Below, piece after piece: positions 40,401 to 53,191 of a stretch of 64,000 bases of DNA. Below the pieces are notes generated by a model that searched no databases, had not been told where the DNA came from, and saw only the letters and a program-made list of their open reading frames with translations. The DNA comes from Malacoraja senta. Its lineage: Eukaryota. The DNA lies in contig CM075987.1 of assembly GCA_038087875.1 (NCBI GenBank), positions 23,872,001 to 23,936,000 of the forward strand. Direction: 5' to 3'. Position 1 is the stretch's first letter. Each line of letters starts with the position of its first letter. A program made the translations under genes and the position numbers.

Positions 40401-40820
40401 TTGTAGATTAATTGGCTTGGTATAAGTGTAAAATTGTCCCTAGTGTGTGTAGGATGGTATTAGTGTGGGGGGAATCGCTGGTCGATGCGGACTCGGTGGG
40501 CCGCAGAGCCCGTGTCCACACTGCATCTCTAAACTAAACTAATCTAAACTAAACTATGAACATACCGCTCATTCTGCTTGGGTAACTTGCAACAAGTACA
40601 ACAGGGAGAGGTGACTAGGTTTCGGAGGTTAGATCCTTAATCTCTGAAACACTCCTTTGGTTTTTCAATAGTTGACAGCAGTCAATGAATTATTTTTTTA
40701 ATGTGCCTAATAGGTTTATGTAAAAGTTATTTAGATAGAGGACCAATTTTAACATTTCAAAAATAATTGAAATAATAATCTGGGGTGGCACAGTGGCAAA
40801 GCAATAGAGTTGCTGCGTTA

Positions 40821-41126
40821 AGGGCCTGTCCCACTGTACGAGGTAATTCAAGAGTTCTCCCGAGTTTCCCCTGATTCGAACTCGGAGAATTATGGTAATA
40901 GCCGTTCGTAGGTACTCGGGGCTCTCGTGGACATTTTTCACAGTGCTGAAAAAACATCACGAGTTACCGCGTTTCCCGAGTACCTGCCGTTAGCATTATG
41001 AGCCGCTACGAGACATCCACGAGCTCTGACGTAGTCACTATATACATTCTACGTACTTACCACAAGTTTGATTTTTTTTACACTCGGGAGAGCTCTTGAA
41101 TTACCTCGTACAGTGGGACAGGCCCT
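40821..41126. mobile_element. PIF/Harbinger-type MITE (subfamily B), inside a V-SINE
   Basis: TIR AGGGCCTGTCCCACTGTACGAG; TTA TSD. Confidence 0.85.
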
Positions 41127-41464
41127 TTACAGAGCCAGAGACCCAGGTTCGATCCTGACCGTGGGCGCTGTCTGTGCGGAGTTTGTACGTTCTCCCTGTG
41201 ACCACGTGGTTTTCTCCGGTTGCTCTGGTTTCCTCCCCCACTCCAAAGATGGACAGGTTTGTAGGTTAATTGACTTCAGGAAAAATTGTAAAGTGTCCCT
41301 CGTGTGTGTGTAGGATTGTGCTAGTGGGTGAGGATCGCTGGTCGGTGCAGACTCAGTGGACAAAGGGCCCGTTTCCACACTTTGTCTCTAATCTAAACTA
41401 AACTAAAATAAATAAATAAATAATTGAAAAGTATATAAAATCATGAAAGACGTGGATAACTTTG

Positions 41465-42045
41465 GGGCTGCGGTGGCGTTCCGGCGGTGGCGGTGGCGTT
41501 CCGGCGGTGGCGGGGGGGGGGGGGGGGGTGGCGTTCCGGCGGTGGCGACCGAGGACACTGGTGGCGACCTGAATCCGGAGGCTCGGCCGCGGGCCCAGTG
41601 GACGACATCGTCGGGAGCGCGCAGGTCACAGGTTGGTGACCTGTTTTTCTGGGGCTCCCGCAACTACAGCTGCGTCCGCTGGACTGGAGGGCGGCAGCTT
41701 CGGCAGCTTCGACCACCCCGGGCCGCGGAGTTTGAGCCGGCCCGTCGCGGAGCACGGATTCGGCCGCTGGACTGGCTTACCGTCGCCCGGCGGGGCCACA
41801 GCATCAGAAGCTTGGATCGCCTCAGCGCAGAGGGAGAAGAAAGCGGGAAGAGACAGAGACTTTAAGACTTTTGCCTCCATCACAGTGAGGAGGTACCTGG
41901 TGAACTCACTGTGGTGGATGTTAATTTGTGTTTATTGTGTGTTTTGTCATTTATTATTATATGTATGACTGCAGGCAACGAAATTTCGTTCAGACCGAAA
42001 GGTCTGAATGACAAATAAAGGAATCTCTAATCTCTAATCTCTAAT
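41465..42045 (+). mobile_element. GC-rich non-autonomous retroposon, unclassified
   Basis: CpG-rich body, subterminal hairpin, AATAAA and (TCTCTAA)n tail. Confidence 0.55.
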
Positions 42046-43150
42046 AAGGTAGACAGTCAAAACCTTTTTCCCAGGATGGGAAAACCAAACACGAGAGGAC
42101 ATAAGTTTAGTGTGAAAGGGACACATTTAAGGAGATGTATGGGGTACGTTTTTTACACAGAGGGTGGTGAATGCCTGAAACTGCTGGGTGCTGGTGGTTG
42201 AGGCGGATATGATAGTGGCTTTGAGGAGACCTTTGGATAGGCACATGGATATGCAGAGAGTGGAGGGATATGGATTATTTGCATCATGTTGCGGCACAGG
42301 CATTGTGGCCAAAGGGCCCGTTCTTGTGCTGTACTGTTCTATGTTCTATGAAAACACCTTTAATTAATGAAGCATTGAATTAAGGGAAAAATAAACGAGG
42401 CAGGTACCCGTAGTGACTTATACGCACAAAGTCAGTGGCCAGGTCCAGTCCCTGTGCTCATCCCCGTTAGTGTTCAACAGGGGGAGGGTTTGCAAAGCAA
42501 TACCTGACCTCCAACTTGCTCATAACGTCCACTTGACAATCTGCAGCCCTTTGGCCAGGGACAGGTACGATCCAGCCAACCATTTTCCACAGATCTCCAG
42601 CATCGCAGTCAAAGCCTTCAGAATGAGGAGAGGACTGAATATCAGATGAAGGAGGCATTTTGTTAGAAAATGCCTTTCACAGTCTGTCAAAACAAGTCTT
42701 GTATTATTGGTAGGACGTGACACCATTGGAAGTTCTTGGGAAGACAAAGACTCGGATTTACACACATCAGTCTCTGGAAACCCCGACACTTGTCAAACTT
42801 GTTAACTCTCATAATTCCAACACTGCAATATGTATCCCACTGTGTGCTTTGAATGGAGTTTTGGCCCAAGTAAAAATCTTTGATGTTTCAGTCAGAACCA
42901 CACCATTCATTGGCTGTGTTTTTATAATTTCATAACTCATGGGACTGACATTTCACACATGTGGAAGTTAAAATCCTAACAATTTACACATGTGAAAACG
43001 CACTATAAAATATATCGCTCCTATGCATCGAATCACACGCAAATTATATTCTCGAATCCAGTAATTCAGTGCAAAGAGTTCTTGGTGTTTATCTCCCACA
43101 GTGGTACATGTCCCAACTCTATGTACAGTACCTGCCCTGCTGTATTACCT

Positions 43151-43239
43151 GAAGAAGGGTTTCGGCCCGAAACGTTACCTATTTCCTTCGCTCCATAGAT
43201 GCTGCTGCACCCGCTGAGTTTCTCCAGCATTTTTGTGTA
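43151..43239 (+). mobile_element. ~90-bp Penelope terminus insertion carrying the hammerhead motif
   Basis: 15-bp TSD CCTGCTGTATTACCT. Confidence 0.8.
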
Positions 43240-44139
43240 CCTGCTGTATTACCTACTCCCTCTCTGACCGTAAAGCTGTTCCACAGTGTCCTTGTGGAAC
43301 ACATCCTCTGATAGTGTAGGAAAGAACTGCAGATGCTGGTTTAAATCGAAGATAGACACAAAATGTTGGAGTAACTCAGTGGGACAGGCAGCATCTCTGG
43401 AGGGAAGGAATGGGCGATGTTTCGGGTCGAGAACCTTCTTCAGACGCCCTCTGAAGGATCAGTGAACTTATCTGGTTTTAATTGGACTGCGTGAAGAAGG
43501 AAAGTTAATCAGCTTAGAGACGTAGAAACATAGAAAATAGGTGCAGGAGTAAACCACCCGGCCCTTTGAGCCAGCACCGCCATTCAATATGATCATGGCT
43601 GATCATCCAAAATCAGTACCCCATTCCTGCTTTTTCCCCATATCCCTTGATTCCGTTAGCCCTAAGAGCTAAATCTAACTCTCTCTTGAAAATATCCAGT
43701 GAATTGGCCTCCACTGCCTTCTCTGGCAGAGAATTCCACACATTTACAACTCGGGGTGAAAACGTTTTTCCTCATCTCAGTCCTAAATGGCCTACCCCTT
43801 ATTCTTAAACTGTGACCCCTGGTTCTGGATCACAGTTTGGTTTGTGAAAGACGCAAAGTGCTAAAACAATATTATATCTTATAAGGGGCTTTTAGATAGG
43901 TTTATGGATATGGAGGGATATGGGTTATGTGCAGGCAGAGATTAGTTTAGTTTAGTTTAGTTTAGAGATGCAGCCCAACGAGTCCACACCGACCAGCGAT
44001 CCCCGCACACTAACACTATCCCACACACACTAGGGACAATTTTACATTTATACCAAGCCAATTAACCTACAAACCTGTAGGTCTTTGGAGTGTGGGAGGA
44101 AACCGAAGATCTCAGAGAAAACTCACGCAAGTCATGGGC

Positions 44140-44336
44140 TTCTTCTCCTTCTGTTCGACTCCATCTTGTTACAAGTGTTGACCTCGCTGTCATCGTCCGT
44201 CCTGAAAAGGACGCAAGCTTTCGGCGACAATCAGTGGAAGCCATCACTTGTCGCAATAGATGATGATGGCAGCAGAATTAGCTCAGGATACTTCCAGTTT
44301 CCAGCCCCGCCACGTGGGCGCTTCTGCTATGGGGCC
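44140..44336 (-). mobile_element. Short retroposon with a 5' HDV-like ribozyme and a GAA tail, inserted in a V-SINE
   Basis: 10-bp TSD AGTCATGGGC (44130-44139 / 44337-44346); the minus strand ends ...AGAAGGAGAAGAA; the host SINE resumes on both sides. Confidence 0.85.
44270..44336 (-). ncRNA. HDV-like (CPEB3-like) self-cleaving ribozyme, slightly degenerate
   Basis: P1 GGCCCC/GGGGCU, P2 AGCAGAA/UUCUGCU, P3 GCG/GGC (1 mismatch), L3 CCCACGU, GG for P1.1, weak P4, J4/2 GCUAA. Confidence 0.75.
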
Positions 44337-45699
44337 AGTCATGGGCAGAACGTACAAACTCCGTACAGACAAGCACCCATGGTCAGGATCGAACCCGTGT
44401 CTCTGGCAGTGTAAGGCAGTCGCTCTACCCCTGCGCCACCGTGCCGCCCCACTTTATTTTGGTATTATGTTTCGGCAAGGACATTGTGGGCCGAAGGGCC
44501 TGTACCTATGCTGTGCTGTCCTCTGTTCAATATTCTATTACATTGCTCGTTTGGGCTGAGAATAGTTTGCTCTTCTCTCTCGATCATGTTTTCAAGTACA
44601 AAATGACTCAACCCTCATTTAAATCATCAACTGTGTTTCTATATTCAGAGTTGTTGACAACCTACTCAATTGGAGCTAAATATTTGGCAATGAGAACAAT
44701 TCCAGATGGGGGTACTGTCGAAGTTTAATATGTAAAGGAGTTGGGAAGACTGCAACAAACAATTGGATAAAGAAAAGAGTGTTTATGATGAATGTTACGG
44801 TAGACTGACCCCATTTGCTTTGCATTTCTATGTCATGCATCCTTTTGTCTTGTGTTCTGTGACTCATTTCTGAATTGACATCAGTTGTCCTGCTATGTTC
44901 AAACATTGTGCTGCCCTATAACAAACTCGTGCTTCTTCCCAAGGTTCTCTGACTACCAGTCTTGTGAGCAGATTCCAGTTCTACTGGAAGCCAGGAATGA
45001 ACACTGTGTAAATATCACCAGTGCATTGTGTGTCAGGCGAATCAGAAAAAATAAACAACACATTAAAATGGCTGAAAATCCATCGCTTAGTTTAGTTTAG
45101 TTTAGAGATACAACGCGGAAACAGGCCCTACGGCTCACCGGGTCCGCGCCGACCAGCGATCCCCGCACTGTAGCACTATCCTACACACACAAGGGACAAT
45201 TGACAATTTTACCAGGCCAATTAACCTACAAACTTGTACGTCTTTGCAGCTCTCTCAGTCTGAAGAAGGGTCTCGACCTGAAACGTCACCTATTCCTTCT
45301 TTCCAGAGATGCTGGCTGACCCGCTGAGTTACTCCAGCGCTTTGTGTCTTCCTTCGGCGTAAACCAGCATCTGCAGTTCCTTCCTACACATGGTGATCTA
45401 AAGGTAGAGAGAACACAGAGTGAAATGAGTGTAAGTAGAGGAGAAACAAAATAATTTATTGGAAGTGAATCATTTCTAAGTGCAGAGACTGGTCATTATT
45501 CTCTTTATAAGTGAGTAATAATCTGGCTTTGCTTTTAGAAATGATTCACGTACAATAAATTATTTAGCATTGTTTTGGCTGTTGTGCAGGCAAAGTCAAA
45601 TTAATTTGTGTTGGAAGGAAAAAAGTTGCAAGTGTGGAAACCACACATTGCGTTGGATCATGGAAGCTCTCAACCACAAGCTATCTACACCCACCATTT

Positions 45700-46145
45700 A
45701 TTTCGAGAGGGCTTATATACAAAAACAGGGAGGTAATGCTGAGGCCGCATTTGGAATATTGTGAGCAATTTTGGGCACCCTATCTGAGGAAGGATGCGCT
45801 GGCTCCGGAGAGGGTCCTGAGGAGGTTTACATGAATGATCCCAAGAATGAGTAGGTTAACATATGATGAGCATTTGACGGCACTGGGCCTGTACTCACTG
45901 CTCACAGTTTAGAAGGTTGAGGGGGGACCACATTGAGAATGAGGCACAGAAGAGTGGAAGGCTTGGTTAGAGTGGATGTGGAGAGGATGTTTCTGCTAGT
46001 GGGAGAGTCTAGGACTAGAGGTCATAGCCTCAGAATTAAAGGATGTTCTTTTAGGATGGAGATGAGGAGGAATTTTATTAGTCAGAGGGTGGTGAATCTG
46101 TGGAATTCTGTGCCACAGAAGGCTGTGGAGGCCAAGTCAGTAGAT
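45700..46145 (+). mobile_element. CR1 fragment (continues at 50634-50810); outermost host of the nested insertions
   Basis: RPHLEYCEQFWAP...RTRGHSLRIKG...NLWNS. Confidence 0.85.
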
Positions 46146-46230
46146 CTTCTTGCATATGGCGTGCACAGCCTAAAGTTGTTGGTCAACGCGTTCTATTTAA
46201 TCTATTTGTTTGTGCACGTCGGGTTGATTG

Positions 46231-49200
46231 TGTAAATAGCCCGTTCTAAGCTCCCCCCAGTCTAGTTTCAGTCAATAAAATACTGAATCAAGCACTTGAG
46301 CAACTAAACTTTATTTGGGATAACACAACACAAATTCCCCTATACAATACCTAACCACCGCGGGTTCGATCCTTGTATCTGCTTGGCCAAGCCCTTCTAG
46401 CCTCGTGCAAGCAGAGACACTCAAAAAGGTCACGCAGTCTTCAATTAAATTTAATATGTTTGGTATAGTGATTTGAGGTTTTGTAATGTACAGTAATATA
46501 TCATCCGCGTATAAAGATATTTTATTATATGAATCTTTAGTATTATACCCATGGATATCAGGGTGTATTCTAATTTTTTCTGCTAGCGGTTCAATAATAA
46601 GTGCAAACAGCTGTGGTGATAATGAGCATCCTTGTCTATTTCCCCTTGATAGTTGAAATTTTGAGGATAATATATTATTAGTTAATATTCTAGCTGTAGG
46701 TTTATTATATAATAATTTTATCCATAGAATAAAATTCTCTCCCAGTTGGAATTTTTGTAATACTTTATCCATATAATTCCATTCTACTTGGTCAAATGCT
46801 TTTTCAGCATCCAGCGAAATAATTGATAATTCTTGTTCTTCAGATTTGTATGAGTGCATTATGTTGAGTAAACGTCTCATATTGTTAGAAGAGTATCTCT
46901 TAGGGATAAACCCCGTCTGATCTGGGTTTATTAATTTACTAATATATTTACTTAATCTAGCTAATATTTTTGCTAATATTTTTTGATCTGTGTTTAACAA
47001 TGCTATAGCTCTATATGAACCCGGTTCTTCTATATCTTTGTCTTTCTTAAGTATTAGTGTAATCGTTGATTCCGTTAATATATCAGGTAGTATTTGTTTT
47101 TTTAAAGCATATTGGTACATTTTTTGTAATCTTGGTATTATTTTATCATAAAAGCTTTTATAAAATTCATTAGTAAATCCATCTGGACCTGGTGTTTTTC
47201 CATTCTTTAGTGAGTTTATTGTATCTTCTAATTCCTTAATTGAGATTTGTGCACCCAATTCCTCTTGTTCCTTCAACTCTAACTTTGGAAGATTACAATT
47301 ATCCAAAAACTTTGTGATTTTATTGGAATCAATTGTCGTTTTAGATGTGTACAAATTCTCATAAAATTGCGCAAATCTTTTATTAATATCCTTCGGTGTT
47401 GTTAATAATTTCCCTTTATCTGATTTAATCTTTGGGATAGTATGTTCCTTTTCTCGTTTTTTTAGCTGGCGAGCCAAGAGTTTATGCGGTTTATCCCCAA
47501 ATTCAAAGTGCTCTTGTTTTGTAATTTGAAAAAGTCTTATAAGTTTGGCTGATAATAGTTTATTTAATTTAAATTTCAAAATTATTATTTTATTATGTTT
47601 GTCTATTGATGGATCTTTAGCATTATCTATATCCATTTGTCTAATAAGTTCTTCTAACTGTCTTTGTTCATTCTTATTCTTTTTATTTTGAAAAGCTTGA
47701 TATGAAATTATAATACCTCTAATGTATGCTTTAAAAGATTCCCATAATACAGTAGCCGATATATCTGGAGTATCATTTATTTGAAAAAAGGCATCCATTT
47801 GTTCTTTTAAATATATACTCGCTTGTGGATCTTTTAGGATTTGAGAATTAAATCTCCAAAACGATTTATTCTTAGACATTCCTTCCAGTTTTAAAAAGAA
47901 AGTTAGTGGAGAATGGTCTGAGATCGAATTTGTATGGTATGTTGGGTTAAATGTTTGAGGGATTAATTTTGTATCCAGCAGGAAGTAATCTATATGTGAG
48001 TATGTTTTGTGTACCTTTTCTGGATATAGAATAAATTGGAATAAGAGTGAAATTATGTCAATAAAACCGAAAGATTCAACACATCTTCTAAAATTCCCTT
48101 TTAAAATAGCTACAGAAAAATTTAAATACTTGGGAATTGAAATTACTAGAACATATCAAGGTATGTTTAAGGCAAATTTTGATCCACTACTTAATAAATT
48201 AAACACACTAATTAAATTTTGGAAAACGCTCCCGATGTCTTTAATAGGCCGAATAAATGCAATAAAAATTATCTTTCTACCGCAAATTTTATACCTATTT
48301 CAATCGATTCCTATATACTTACCAAAGAAGTTTTTTCTTAAATTGGACTCAGATATCACTAATTTTATATGGGACTATAAATCACATAGAATACAAAAAA
48401 CTCACTTGAATAAACCTAAAGTATTAGGGGGTTTAGCACTACCTAATTTCATGTATTATTATTGGTCAGTAAATATTAAAAATATGATTCAACTGATGGA
48501 TAACTCCGCCCAGCAAGTGGACTGGATTGTAATGGAGAAAGAGGATTGCTCCTCTGGAAACATTGGAGCGATCCTCCTCTCACCAATGAAACTGAATAAT
48601 ATAAATTATAATAAGAACCCAATTATCCATAGTACAATCCGAATTTGGAAACAAATAAAACAAAATTTAAAATTAAGAAATTTATCACTATTATCTCCCA
48701 TAGTTAATAACCCTTTGTTTAATCCCTCTATTATAGATAAATCTTTTATACATTGGGATAGACTAGGAATTAAAACGTTCGGTGACCTGTATGAAACTGG
48801 AAAATTACTTTCATTTCAACAATTACAAATAAAATATAAACTCGGAAATAATCAATATTTTAAATATTTTCAAATATGCGACTATTTGAAAAAATATACA
48901 AAAGATCATTATAATAACCCAGTAGATGTATTGGATGACAATGCAGATAAAAGCTGAATCAGCAAACTTAATATCATATTTGTATAATATTATCTTAAAT
49001 GTAGAAATACCATCTACGGAAGGTATCAGAAGAGACTGGGAACAAGAGTTAGCTATTAAAATTTCAAAGGAAAGGTGAAATGAACACTTATTAAACGTGC
49101 ATAAATGTTCGATTAATGTAAGACACACTTTAATACAATTTAAAATTTTACATAGATTATATTATTCCAAAACTAAAATCCATAAAATTTTCCCAAATGT

Positions 49201-50580
49201 ATCATCCATTTGTGATAACTGTCAATCCCAAGAAGCTACTATAGCGCACTCATTTGTTTTCTGTACAAAAATTCAAAAATTTTGGAATGAAATTTTCGAA
49301 ATCTTTACAAAATTATTTAAAATAAAACTGATACCCAAAGCAGAATGGATTATCTTCGGAATAACGGAAGATGGTCCAGAACTAAATGTGTTTCAAAAGA
49401 AATTAATAGACTATGGGTTAATAACTGGAAAAAAGCTAATCCTAAAATTTTGGAAGAAAGCTCCAATACCATCTATAAACATGTGGATTTCAAATATGTT
49501 CAAAACATTACACCTAGAAGAGATAAGACTCCTCCTGGCAGGTAAACCAGATCACTTCCATCTGACGTGGTCTGCATTTATAGAATTATTACAAATATAG
49601 GGTGCAAAGGTACCTTAAAAAAAAACTGAGGTCAGGTAAAGGGTGATGATAGCTGGAAAGTTGGTATGTCCCATTTGCGTAATGCTCATAAAAACTATTT
49701 GTTTTTCTCTTCCTCCTCTTTCTCTTTCTCCTTCTTTTCTAGGGTCTATTTCTTAACTCTTTTTCTTTTGTTTTTAATTTTGTTCTTATAGGGTCTTCGT
49801 TCTGTCTTGTTGTCACACTTTCTACACTTTCACTTTTTCCTTCACTTTCTTCTTTCTTTCAATCTTATCCTTTCCTTTTACTAGTGTAAAAAACAAATGG
49901 AGTACATTAATCGTAAGAAGATATAAGTTACGAGTACTGATGTATGTGGTTGTAATGTAATGTACTTCTAATAAATAAAAAATAAAAAAATAAAAATAAA
50001 AAAAAGGTCACGCAGCCCCTAGCGTTCTCCCAGAAGATCAACATCGGACCTCGTGGGAGCTACTTTTTATTGGTCCCCGAACCTTGAGGGGCCGAACCAA
50101 ATAGGGGTGGTCTATATACAGCCCAATAACAAATATCAATTAACACAGTACATGATAGACAGTTCCCCAACCCAATAACACAGTAACCAATACAATGTAT
50201 CCGACAAAGTTTCTAGATGGAAGTTGACAGAGATGAATTATGCAACATGTGCCTCGAGATTCAGACAACCCAGAAAAAGCTCAACATCTTAACCAATCAA
50301 CAACTATCCAAATAAGGCTTTGTAACATTATTTATACTATGTATTTCTCGTTTGCATTGACCCAATCAGTTTCATGCAAGTTACACCTCATTGTAAGAAT
50401 CTGCAGATGTCCCATTCTTTTCCTGCAGCTCTTATCTAGGCCACAGACAAACTGGCACCATTCAGCAGCTTGTCCCAGTTCTGCAAAAGGCACATTTAAC
50501 TTGACCAAAATGGCCTAGCAGCACAGAAGCCTTTACTCAATTTTAATGTCCTGGCTGCTACAATTTGGCCAGGATTAATA
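46231..50580 (-). mobile_element. Solo LTR (~770 bp; ERV or Gypsy type), split by an L1
   Basis: 4-bp TSD ATTG (46227-46230 / 50581-50584); minus-strand termini TA(degenerate TG)...CA; minus-strand AATAAA near 46310. Confidence 0.6.
46438..50000. mobile_element. 5'-truncated, 5'-inverted L1-clade LINE (ORF2: end of endonuclease, RT, C-terminal Cys-rich region)
   Basis: Minus strand 46438-~48003 encodes the RT (GKTPGPDGF, SLDAEKAFD, RQGCSLSP, LYADD) up to ...LNLIED. Plus strand from ~48005 continues TFSGYRINWNKSE through the 3' UTR and poly(A). 15-bp TSD AAAAAGGTCACGCAG at 46423-46437 / 50001-50015. Confidence 0.93.
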
Positions 50581-50633
50581 ATTGCATTAGTCGAAACAGG
50601 GTGGACCATGTGAAGGTTGCAATCTCCCACCCC
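50581..50633 (-). ncRNA. Minimal HDV-like ribozyme at the 5' end of a second short retroposon
   Basis: P1 GGGGUGG/CCACCCU, P2 GAUUGCA/UGCAAU(C), P3 ACC/GGU, L3 UUCACAU, vestigial P4 (UUUCGA), J4/2 CUAA. Confidence 0.8.
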
Positions 50634-51915
50634 AGTCAGCAGATATATTTAAGGCAGAGATAGATAGATTCCAGATTGGTGCGGGTGTCGGAGATTATGG
50701 GGAGAACAGAACGGCAGGCGAATGGAGTTAGGAGAGATAGATCAGCCATGAATGAATGGCAGTAGACTTGATGGGCCGAATGGCCTAATTCTACTCCTAT
50801 CACATGATCATGACCATTTACCCGCGCCTCCCACCCCAACGCCATTCTCTGACCCATTGATTCACACATCTCCAACCACAATATATTCAATCCCACTCTC
50901 CACTCCCACCAACCCGACTATACCCCAGGTCAATCCCAACAACCAGAACACAACTCTGCTTGCCACCCACACTGCATTATTATGTCTTCCCGATAATAAT
51001 GATTCCCCCAATTTGTTCTTCTTTGATGCTTCCAAACACCTATCCCTCCAGTGATAGATATTCATCTCCGATGACCCATGACCCGTCCACACCCAACATT
51101 CTCGCACCCCTCCCCCAATGTTCCCAGATGTGTGAGCTAACACTTGAGCAATTAGAGTCACAAAGTCACAGGGTCATGGAGCCATACAGCGTGGAAACAG
51201 GTCCTTCGGCCCAACACCGACCAACATGTCCCATCTACACTGGTCCCATCTGCCTGCGTTTGGCCCATATCCCTCTTTTTTTCCCCTTTTTTTTTCCTTT
51301 TCTTCTCTCCCACAAATATGTAATTACTGATTCTGTTCCATTCTGTTTGTAGTTTTTTTGCACAATTCGCAAGCATTGCCACTTTTCATTTCACTGCACA
51401 TCTCGTATGCGTATGTGACGAATAAACTTGACCTGACTTGACTTGACTTGAACCTGTCCTAACCATGTACCAGCTTCTTAAACGTTGTGACCGTACTTGC
51501 CTCAACTCCTCCGGCAGCACTGAATTCTCTTCATTCAGTTCACAGCCAAATCTGCCGATCTTGGTGCGTGTCTGTAATATTATATTCACCTTTGTCTCTG
51601 TAAAATGTTCTTGCAGAGAAGTGCCATCTCAGTGTCACCTGTCCAGTTCAGTTCAATTCCTCCACAAATGATCTAAACCTGCTTGCAAGAAGGGCTTTCT
51701 TGGCAATGTCACAGACATAGAAATGATTTGTTATCCTGAGTACATCCTGTGACCCAAATGTCTCCATATTCCCTGGTCACATCTGACGGGGAGTGTTATA
51801 CTTCGTCATGCAGCCCAGACCATCACACAAACCAACCTCCCTTCCATTGAATCCGTTTATACCACAATGCTGCCTCGGCAAGGCCAGCAGCACAATCAAG
51901 GACGAGTCGCATCCT

Positions 51916-53191
51916 GACTCTGGCGACTGTGCAATCCTGCTCCTTCTTGACCTCAGCGCAACATTTGATACTGTCGACCACACCATCCTAATTGACCGTC
52001 TACGGTACGGGGTTGGTATTGATGGCACTGCCCTGAGCTGGTTCATCTCCTACCTCAAAGGTAGGAGTTTCTCGACTAACATAGGCAACTCTTTCTCCTC
52101 CCCAGCTAATCTCTGCTGTGGGGTTCCACAAGGTTCCATCCTTGGCCCCATTCTCTTCTCCTTGTATATGCTCCCCTTAGGCCAAGTCATTGAAAGGCAC
52201 GGCATTTCCTTCCATTGCTACGCAGACGATACACAACTCTATCTCCCCCTGAAGCCCCAAAACCAATCAAATCTGCTTAAACTTACCCGCTGCCTCGAGG
52301 ATATAAAGTGTTGGATGGCCCAGAACTTCCTCCAACTGAACGAGAGTAAGTCTGAGGTCATCCTTCTCGGCCTCTCGGACTCAATCATAATGATAGCAGG
52401 CAGCCTTGGAAGCCTTACCCCGCTACTCAAACCTCACGTGAAAAACCTTGGCGTGATATTTGACTCAGCACTGAAATTTGACAAACAAGTCAATGCCGTG
52501 GTAAAAGCTAGCTTCTTTCAGCTTCGGACGATAGCTAAAATAAAACAATTCCTCCACTTTGATGACCTCGAAAAGATTATCCACACATTTATCTCCTCCC
52601 GCCTAGATTACTGCAACTCCCTTTATACTGGCATCAGCCAATCTTCCCTGTCCCGCCTGCAACTGGCCCAAAACGCCGCAGCGAGACTCCTGACGGGCAC
52701 CCGAAAAAGGGACCACATCACCCTGATCCTGGCCTCTCTCCACTGGCTCCCTGTGCGGTTCCGTATACATTTCAAGATCCTCCTCTATGTTTACAAAGCC
52801 CTCAATGGGCTTGCCCCCACCTACATTAAAAGTCTTCTCACCCACCATTCCACCTCCAGGTCCCTCAGATCGGCCGACTTGGGGTTGATGAATATCCCGC
52901 GGTCTAGGCATAAGCTCAGGGGCGACCGCGCCTTTGCGGTTGCAGCTCCTAGACTGTGGAACAGCATCCCCCTTCCCATCAGAACTGCCCCCTCCATCGA
53001 CTCCTTTAAGTCAAGACTAAAAACTTATCTATACTCCCAAGCCTTTCTTGACGTCCTCTGAGCGAGGGCTATATGTATATATGTATGTAGTTTGTTTGTT
53101 TATATTATTCTTATAACAAATGTAAAGCACTTTGGCCAACGAGAGTTGTTTTTTAAATGTGCTATATAAATAAATGTGACTTGACTTGACT
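51916..53191 (+). mobile_element. L2-clade LINE, 5'-truncated, with an open RT frame, inserted in a Rex1 fragment
   Basis: [42 protein letters not shown]; (GACTT)n tail. Confidence 0.93.

Larger units (their letters stand above)
46146..50633 (-). mobile_element. ~135-bp GAA-tailed retroposon (46146-46230 plus 50581-50633), split by a solo LTR
   Basis: 11-bp TSD AGTCAGTAGAT/AGTCAGCAGAT (46135-46145 / 50634-50644) inside a CR1 3' fragment; the minus strand ends ...GCAAGAAG. Confidence 0.75.

Noticed and set aside
41403..41968. CpG island or GC-rich ORFs as a gene start
   Set aside because: Part of a dispersed GC-rich retroposon with relatives at 38.7, 61.2 and 62.6 kb
50336..50483. Exon-like open frame on the minus strand
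   Set aside because: Lies within the TSD-bounded solo LTR
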